From Nitrososphaerota archaeon (GTDB lineage Archaea > Thermoproteota > Nitrososphaeria_A > Caldarchaeales > Wolframiiraptoraceae): a DNA stretch of 57,960 nt. Of the stretch, positions 52,796-57,960 are shown piece by piece. The stretch covers positions 1-57,960 of the forward strand of contig JAGGTD010000013.1 of assembly GCA_021163925.1 (NCBI GenBank). Direction: 5' to 3'. Position 1 is the first letter of the stretch. Every line of letters starts with the position of its first letter. Below the pieces are notes generated by a model. That model was not told where the DNA came from, ran no database searches, and saw only the letters and a program-made list of their open reading frames with translations. The position numbers and the translations under genes are program-made.

Positions 52796-55066
52796 TTAGA
52801 AGAAGTCTGTTAGGGTCGACTCCCTCGACACCTCCTTAAGCTTACTCGGCTTGATGCCGACGACTGATAAGATTCTACCGCATGCTGGGATAACTTGCTT
52901 GTCGATGTAATAGTTCCAGTCGACTTCCTCGGGCTTAACCTTGAAGTATGGCTTAACCCTCCGATAGAGTGGACCTGCTCCCTCAACTATAATGTATCCG
53001 ACCTTGTCTCCAGGCTGAATTCTCCAGCCCTCGCTACTCATCTGCCTAGCGATGACTATGTGTGGCTGGGTCGCCGAATACTCGTCTAACGGCCTCGTTA
53101 TCTGCCTCCAAATTATAAGCTTCTTGAGCTCAACATCACCATTCCTCAACTTCTTGACATATTCTCTCGCCTTGTCTAGGGCTTTTGAGGGATCGCCTGT
53201 CTCGAGCAAGATCTTCACGGTCTCCCTTTGAGCCTCTCTCGCGATCCCGCTCCAATCTCCCCTAACAGCCTCTAATCCGACTATCTCAATCTTATTCTCG
53301 GCGGTTATCCCAGCATATTTTTTCTTGGCCTCGGTGAAGATCACCCTCTTAAAGACCTCATCGATCTTCGCCTCAAGTCCCAGCTCCCTCTCGATCCACT
53401 CCATGAGCTTCTCAAGCCTCCCCTCATAGTTCTTGAGGAAGAGGGAGTCGGTGTCGGAGTAGATGACATCCATCCCAAGTTCTTCAGCCTTCTTCATCGA
53501 GGAGTTTATTACCTCCCTTCCCCAAGCCGTCGTGGCCTCGGCCACCTCCCTAGTATACCACCTCGCCCCAATCCAGCCTGTGTAGCCGTAGATCGCGTTC
53601 GTGATTATCTTCACGGCTCTTTGACGAGCGTCCAAAACCTTGGCCTCAACCGATTCTGGATCAAGCTCCTTAAGCCTCGATTGAATAGCCCTCCTCTCCC
53701 TAAGCAGGGTCTTCAAGACGTTTGGAAGGAATCCTTCAGGACTCGCCCTAAACCTATATCCATTTGGGGCTACGTTCTCCCCATCTGGGCTTAGGGTGTC
53801 GAATGAGATGTTATACTTTATCATGAGGCTTGGATACATGGATCTAAAGTCCACCACCGCCACGTTCTCATGAATCCCAGGCTCGGGGGCCTTGACCAAA
53901 CCGCCTGGATAGGTTACGTGTCTGATCTCCATCCGCTTCGGGATCAATTCACCAACCCTAACTGCGTGGGTCATCAAGTAGCTCTCAACCCTAAATCCGG
54001 CTGAGGCCGTCAGGATGTAGTCTGCCGGCATCCCAGTGAGCTCGCTGAGGCTGAAGATGAAGTCCTTAACCGCTTCATACGCTGCCATGATCGCCTCGGC
54101 TCTCTGCATAGAATATCTCTTGACCAGATCCTTATCGGATCTCCACTTCTCGGCGAACTCATGTTCATCGATTGAATCGAATTCCTTCTTTATTCCAAGG
54201 TAGTTTACGAACTCCTCTAAGGTCTCGACGGTTAGCTCGGGTATGTCTCGCGCCATATCTTCGAGGTCTATGTTCAGCCTACCCCTGATCGAGACGTGGC
54301 CGTAGACGCTCGTCCTAGGCTCCGATCCCAACCTCCCAACCATGAGCCTTATCCCAAGCTTCTTAGCCCTCTCAGACAGATAGTTCCACTGAATCCTATT
54401 CAGTCCAAAGCCGACCACTATATCCGGATCCCTCTCCCCGATGACCTCGATGAGCTTCTCGAAGATCTCCCGCTCATCACCCTCAAGCTGAACTCTAAAT
54501 CCATCGCTGAAGTATAGTGAGATCAATCTAACAGGATCTTTCTCAGGTGTTGGAGAGCCGTGCTCGGCGAAGAATATGGGATCTATCGCCACGGCCGTCA
54601 GACTCGGCGGGGGAGCGTGCTCAAGCCTCTTAATAGACCTAGGTTTCACGAAGCCTACTCCATCGAACCTCTGAACGACCTCTCCATCAACCTCGATCCA
54701 TCCACATGGCCTCAAGCCGCTCTCTAAGAGATACTTTGTCGAGGATCTCAGATCCTCCTCATATACTTCAACTCCATTCAATCCCTTGAGCAGCCTTGAG
54801 GCAGCCTTCTCAAGGTCCTCGGCGTCCACGTATATTTTCAGCGCTTGGACGGGCTTACCCCTAACCCTTCTAGAGCATCTCTCAAACCTGACGCCGCTCG
54901 ATTTGAGCTTTTGGGCAGCCGCCTCAATCCTACCTATTAGGTAGAAGCTCGGCGTATATCGCTGCTTGACGACCCATGTCGATAGATCTTCGCCCTTACA
55001 CCAAAGCCATATGAAGGGCCTGCCGCCCTCAGCCTCCGAGGCCACGTCAAGGAGCCAAAACCTCAT
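52796..55066 (-). CDS. polB: Family-B DNA polymerase paralog with intact polymerase motifs and degenerate 3-prime-5-prime exonuclease motifs
   Basis: 756 aa. Polymerase motifs are intact: motif A DFRSMYPS, motif B KIITNAIYGYTG, motif C YSDTDS, and KKKYAG. The Exo I, II and III positions read AIDPI, GLNRIQWNYL and YSMQRA instead of FDIET, NxxNFDxxYL and YSMEDA. Confidence 0.9.
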   Translation of the reverse strand: MRFWLLDVASEAEGGRPFIWLWCKGEDLSTWVVKQRYTPSFYLIGRIEAAAQKLKSSGVRFERCSRRVRGKPVQALKIYVDAEDLEKAASRLLKGLNGVEVYEEDLRSSTKYLLESGLRPCGWIEVDGEVVQRFDGVGFVKPRSIKRLEHAPPPSLTAVAIDPIFFAEHGSPTPEKDPVRLISLYFSDGFRVQLEGDEREIFEKLIEVIGERDPDIVVGFGLNRIQWNYLSERAKKLGIRLMVGRLGSEPRTSVYGHVSIRGRLNIDLEDMARDIPELTVETLEEFVNYLGIKKEFDSIDEHEFAEKWRSDKDLVKRYSMQRAEAIMAAYEAVKDFIFSLSELTGMPADYILTASAGFRVESYLMTHAVRVGELIPKRMEIRHVTYPGGLVKAPEPGIHENVAVVDFRSMYPSLMIKYNISFDTLSPDGENVAPNGYRFRASPEGFLPNVLKTLLRERRAIQSRLKELDPESVEAKVLDARQRAVKIITNAIYGYTGWIGARWYTREVAEATTAWGREVINSSMKKAEELGMDVIYSDTDSLFLKNYEGRLEKLMEWIERELGLEAKIDEVFKRVIFTEAKKKYAGITAENKIEIVGLEAVRGDWSGIAREAQRETVKILLETGDPSKALDKAREYVKKLRNGDVELKKLIIWRQITRPLDEYSATQPHIVIARQMSSEGWRIQPGDKVGYIIVEGAGPLYRRVKPYFKVKPEEVDWNYYIDKQVIPACGRILSVVGIKPSKLKEVSRESTLTDFF

Positions 55067-55219
55067 CTTCGACTAAGATCCAGCTCGCTCAGTTGATAAG
55101 CTTAACTTGAGGATTAGATGGATGGGATGTCTGAGAAAAGATTTAGGTATTTGCGCGGAGAATTCAAGCTAGCCATATTCGTATTCTATGTATTTGAGGA
55201 CGTTTCCAACCCTATTCTT

Positions 55220-55489
55220 TTATGCAGACCTGGTCTTTACCTTCACCTTGACCTCGATCTTCTCGAGCTCCTTCTCAAGATCTGGTGGAACCTGGACGAC
55301 CTTAGTATTCCTAAGCGACTTCTTCTTCCTCGGAGAATTCCTCAATAGGATGCCGCAATATGGGCATCTAACGCTATCCGTTAGGTAGTAGACCCTGCAC
55401 CTAGAGCAGTATTTGTAGCCGTTGGCGTAGCTCCTCCTCAACGACATCTTAGGCTGCTTCTCAAGGAGTATCATTCCTCTCCCCTCCAT
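55220..55489 (-). CDS. Small basic zinc-ribbon protein with an RpoP/Rpb12-like CxxC...VRCPYCG motif
   Basis: 89 aa, or 84 or 75 aa from the internal ATGs at 55474 and 55448. YKYCSRCRVYYLTDSVRCPYCGILLR is followed by a Lys-rich tail. It lies 153 nt upstream of polB on the same strand. Confidence 0.45.
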   Translation of the reverse strand: MEGRGMILLEKQPKMSLRRSYANGYKYCSRCRVYYLTDSVRCPYCGILLRNSPRKKKSLRNTKVVQVPPDLEKELEKIEVKVKVKTRSA

Positions 55490-55510
55490 CTGGAAGACGT
55501 TTTCACCTCT

Positions 55511-55525
55511 ACATAAACTTTATGT
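55511..55525. promoter_or_regulatory. Palindromic A/T element (ACATAAA-C-TTTATGT) centred in a 61-bp divergent intergenic region
   Basis: A perfect 7-bp inverted repeat centred at 55518, 29 nt from the minus-strand ATG (55489) and 33 nt from the plus-strand ATG (55551). It could act as a bidirectional TATA and/or an operator. Confidence 0.4.
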
Positions 55526-55550
55526 TCTGGTATGTAAGTAATGTAAATAG

Positions 55551-56627
55551 ATGACGATGGGCGGATCGAGCTTAAGAAGGCTTCAAAGGGTTGGAAAAGC
55601 CACCTATAGCATCTCCCTACCCAAGGAGTGGGTTAGGAGGAGAGGGCTTAGGCCAGGGGACATCTTAGAGGTTTATGAGGAGGGTGATGGGAGCCTTAGG
55701 ATAAGGTCTCGGGTCGATAAGCTCGCCCAGCCATCCTATATCATAGACGCCGAGCTCTGTAGGGTTTATGGCCAGATCTCGAAGCTGATAACAGCCTGCT
55801 ATCATAGGAGCTGTGAGAGGATAGAGGTGAGGGCTGCGGGAGGGCTTAACGGCGAGATCGTTAAGGAGGTCTCTGAGGTGGTGTCGAGGCTTCCAGGCTT
55901 CGAGATCATCGAGCGAACCAATAAGAGGATCGTTCTCCAAAACTTCGTCGATCCATCGAGGTTCTCGGCTAGAGGGCTTACTAGAAGGCTTCAGACCATG
56001 ATCTCAACCATGTTCGGGAACATCTCAGACTTCCTCTACTCTAGGAGCTATGAAGACATAAAGTCGGTGAGAGATCTAAGGGAGAAGATCCATCAACTCC
56101 ATGAACTCACGATCAGATTGCTCATAACATATCTTGAGCATAGAGGGCTTGGAAAGGCGATCGGGCTTAGAAACTCGACCGAAGCATACTGTATGATCAT
56201 GTTCTCCGACCACATGTTCAGGATCGCCGAACATCTATGTAATGTTGGAGAGGAGCTTCTGAGGTTTAGGAAGAGGATATGGGGGAGTGAGGAGCTTCTG
56301 AGCCTCCTCAGGGAGCTTATAGGCATGGCCTCGATGATCTTCGAAGACTCGATCAACGCCTTCATAAACACAGACCCACAGCGCACGATAAAGATCCTGA
56401 ATCAGATCTCCAACATCATCGATCATCAGCTCTCAAGTGGAGAATTCTTAAAAGTTCGTGATCCAGAGCGGACGCGTCTCGTCGAGAGAATTCTATGCTC
56501 GCTTAGAGGAATCATGTTGGAGTGTGAGAGGCTCGTCGAAGAGGTCTTCGATAGATTCGTCGAGAATGGAGGACCTGTCTGTATGCTTAGGGAGTATGAG
56601 GGGCATTCAAGAAAATCTGTCCCTTAA
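55551..56627 (+). CDS. AbrB/SpoVT-domain plus PhoU-repeat regulator (copy 2)
   Basis: 358 aa. The N-terminal TYSISLPKEWVRRRGLRPGDILEVYEEGDGSLRIRS is followed by a helical PhoU-like region, the same architecture as 48207-49190. Confidence 0.75.
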   Translation: MTMGGSSLRRLQRVGKATYSISLPKEWVRRRGLRPGDILEVYEEGDGSLRIRSRVDKLAQPSYIIDAELCRVYGQISKLITACYHRSCERIEVRAAGGLNGEIVKEVSEVVSRLPGFEIIERTNKRIVLQNFVDPSRFSARGLTRRLQTMISTMFGNISDFLYSRSYEDIKSVRDLREKIHQLHELTIRLLITYLEHRGLGKAIGLRNSTEAYCMIMFSDHMFRIAEHLCNVGEELLRFRKRIWGSEELLSLLRELIGMASMIFEDSINAFINTDPQRTIKILNQISNIIDHQLSSGEFLKVRDPERTRLVERILCSLRGIMLECERLVEEVFDRFVENGGPVCMLREYEGHSRKSVP

Positions 56628-57269
56628 GACGCCTTCGACGCCGACATATGGATTAAACCTCTTCTCAATCCCTATGGTTGAGGTTGGGCCATGGCCTGGA
56701 TAAATCGTGTAATGGTCTGGGAGCTTGAAGAGCTTCTCTATGATTGATTCCATGAGCAGCTTGATGTCTCCGCCGAACATATCCGTCCTCCCAATCGATC
56801 CGGCGAAGAGGAGATCCCCTGTAAAGACTCCTCCATCGAAGACGTAGGAAATGCTTCCAGGGGTGTGGCCGGGTGTATGTAGAACCTTTAACACGTTCCC
56901 CCCGACCTCTATCTCATCCCCATCATCTATGTATCCGTCTGGTTTAGGTGGATCGAAGCTACTTAACCCCAGATAGGTCTCCGCGTCCTCCACGCTCCTC
57001 TCGAGAATTAGCTCATCGGCTCGATGAATATAGAATTTGCATCCAAACATCTTCCTCAATTCCCCAACCGCTAGGATGTGATCAAAGTGGCAGTGGGTTG
57101 CATAGATTCCCTTAATCTCAACACCTTCCTCCTCAACCCTATGGATTATCTTTTGAGGCTCTCCTCCAGCATCTATAATTAATCCCTCACGGGATTCTCG
57201 GTCAAAGACTATGTATGAGTTGCTCTGGAGAACTCCGACGGTGATTTGATCGATTTCCATAACGCCCAT
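56607..57269 (-). CDS. Metallo-beta-lactamase-fold hydrolase (glyoxalase II-like)
   Basis: 220 aa. THCHFDHI (HxHxDH), HTPGHTPGS and the GDLLFAGSIGRTD segment are present. The 3-prime end overlaps the convergent regulator gene by 21 nt. Confidence 0.8.
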   Translation of the reverse strand: MGVMEIDQITVGVLQSNSYIVFDRESREGLIIDAGGEPQKIIHRVEEEGVEIKGIYATHCHFDHILAVGELRKMFGCKFYIHRADELILERSVEDAETYLGLSSFDPPKPDGYIDDGDEIEVGGNVLKVLHTPGHTPGSISYVFDGGVFTGDLLFAGSIGRTDMFGGDIKLLMESIIEKLFKLPDHYTIYPGHGPTSTIGIEKRFNPYVGVEGVLRDRFS

Positions 57270-57299
57270 GTCACAATCCTAGGATGCTGTAAAAGACGA

Positions 57300-57960
57300 T
57301 CACATAAAGTATTCTAGGCTCGTCACCCCTATGATCTTGTCGAAATCTATTCCGAGGGCATCCAAGACCTGGCCAAAGGTCGAGATCAAGTATTCAACGT
57401 ACTTGTCTATGTCTACTTGATCCTTCCTAGCGAATTCGAGGGGCTCGACCCCATCCCTATCCCTCGTCTTAACATATGAGATTATGTCGCCTGCCGTCAC
57501 CGAGATCCCGCGGTTGAGTAGCTTCTTAGCCGCCTTCACGTGAGGTGGAGTCGTCTTAACATATCTGTCCACGCTCTTCGACAGCATCACCTTGAACGAT
57601 AGATCCTCGAGCTCGAACTCTCCCCTCTTCAACTTATAGTACCAAGTCTTGATGATCTCCTCGATCCTCTCCCTCGCCTGCTCGAAGCTCTGCTCATCGT
57701 GAACCTCTTGGAGTACCTTAAGCATCTCCTCGAAAGCCTCCTTAATGAACTTGGGTATATGCCTCTTCTTCCCAGTCAATCCCTTAACATCCACAACCCC
57801 CTTATCCGTCACCCCAAGATAATTCTTCTTCCTAGTCGAGAAGACTATGTATCTATATTTCTTATCAAGCTCTAGGTCAAGCCTCAAAACCTCCTTAGCC
57901 CATCTAACGACCTCATCTATCGCCGCTCGATCCGAGGTCTTCAAGAAGACGCTATCAGTA
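57300..57960 (-). CDS. polB: Family-B DNA polymerase, PolB1 (Sulfolobus Dpo1-like), C-terminal part; the gene runs off the window edge
   Basis: The frame stays open to the window end, where it reads TDSVFL (the end of motif C, YxDTDS). KKNYLGV, VDVKGLTGKKRHIPKF, FKVMLSKSVDRYVKTTPPHVKAAKKL and the STFGQVLDALG segments closely follow the Dpo1 palm/thumb pattern as I recall it. Confidence 0.85.
   Translation of the reverse strand, partial: TDSVFLKTSDRAAIDEVVRWAKEVLRLDLELDKKYRYIVFSTRKKNYLGVTDKGVVDVKGLTGKKRHIPKFIKEAFEEMLKVLQEVHDEQSFEQARERIEEIIKTWYYKLKRGEFELEDLSFKVMLSKSVDRYVKTTPPHVKAAKKLLNRGISVTAGDIISYVKTRDRDGVEPLEFARKDQVDIDKYVEYLISTFGQVLDALGIDFDKIIGVTSLEYFM

Noticed and set aside
1-57960. A scan for CRISPR arrays, long tandem repeats, rRNA genes, and toxin-antitoxin or restriction-type defence genes.
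   Set aside because: I saw no regularly spaced direct repeats and no recognisable Cas, defence, transposase or integrase motifs in any frame. A by-eye scan of 58 kb cannot exclude short or degenerate repeats.

Overview
This is a densely packed archaeal chromosomal segment. I call about 65 protein genes and one intron-containing tRNA-Leu(CAA). Many adjacent genes overlap by 4-26 bp, and short A/T-rich TATA-like boxes lie about 25-40 nt upstream of starts. I saw no rRNA, CRISPR array, transposase or integrase. The gene set points to a thermophilic TACK-type archaeon, possibly Korarchaeota-like: L15e, S8e and S13 ribosomal proteins, RNase P proteins Rpp30 and Pop5, TFB plus a TFE-beta-like protein, Gar1, SRP19, aRF1, a Sulfolobus Dpo1-like PolB1, SMC-ScpA-ScpB and a TIP49/RuvBL-like ATPase. 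That lineage call is an inference and needs a database search. Main blocks: (i) translation and RNA-processing genes plus a Tat translocase (1-5.3 kb); (ii) a split MetE, TIP49 and four loosely grouped adenylating, radical-SAM and ApgM-like enzymes (5.3-12.4 kb); (iii) a 7-gene overlap-coupled cobinamide salvage and nucleotide-loop operon (12.4-19.0 kb), followed by a BtuFCD-like importer (21.3-24.7 kb); (iv) transcription and RNP genes and smc-scpA-scpB (27-34 kb); (v) a co-directional array of zinc ribbon, small protein, GPN GTPase, coiled-coil protein, DUF373 protein and UppS (35.3-39.6 kb); (vi) tRNA-Leu, a large Pat-like acyl-CoA-synthetase/GNAT fusion, and an unusually long A/T-rich non-coding gap (39.7-43.1 kb); (vii) a region with two family-B DNA polymerases 2.2 kb apart, two AbrB-PhoU regulators each convergent with an MBL hydrolase, a DHH phosphoesterase, and a membrane-protein/GHMP-kinase pair (46-58 kb). 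The strongest observation is that the complete PolB paralog keeps all polymerase motifs but has lost three of the four exonuclease carboxylates. I found no classical defence or mobile system. All functional calls come from reading motifs in the translations, not from database searches.
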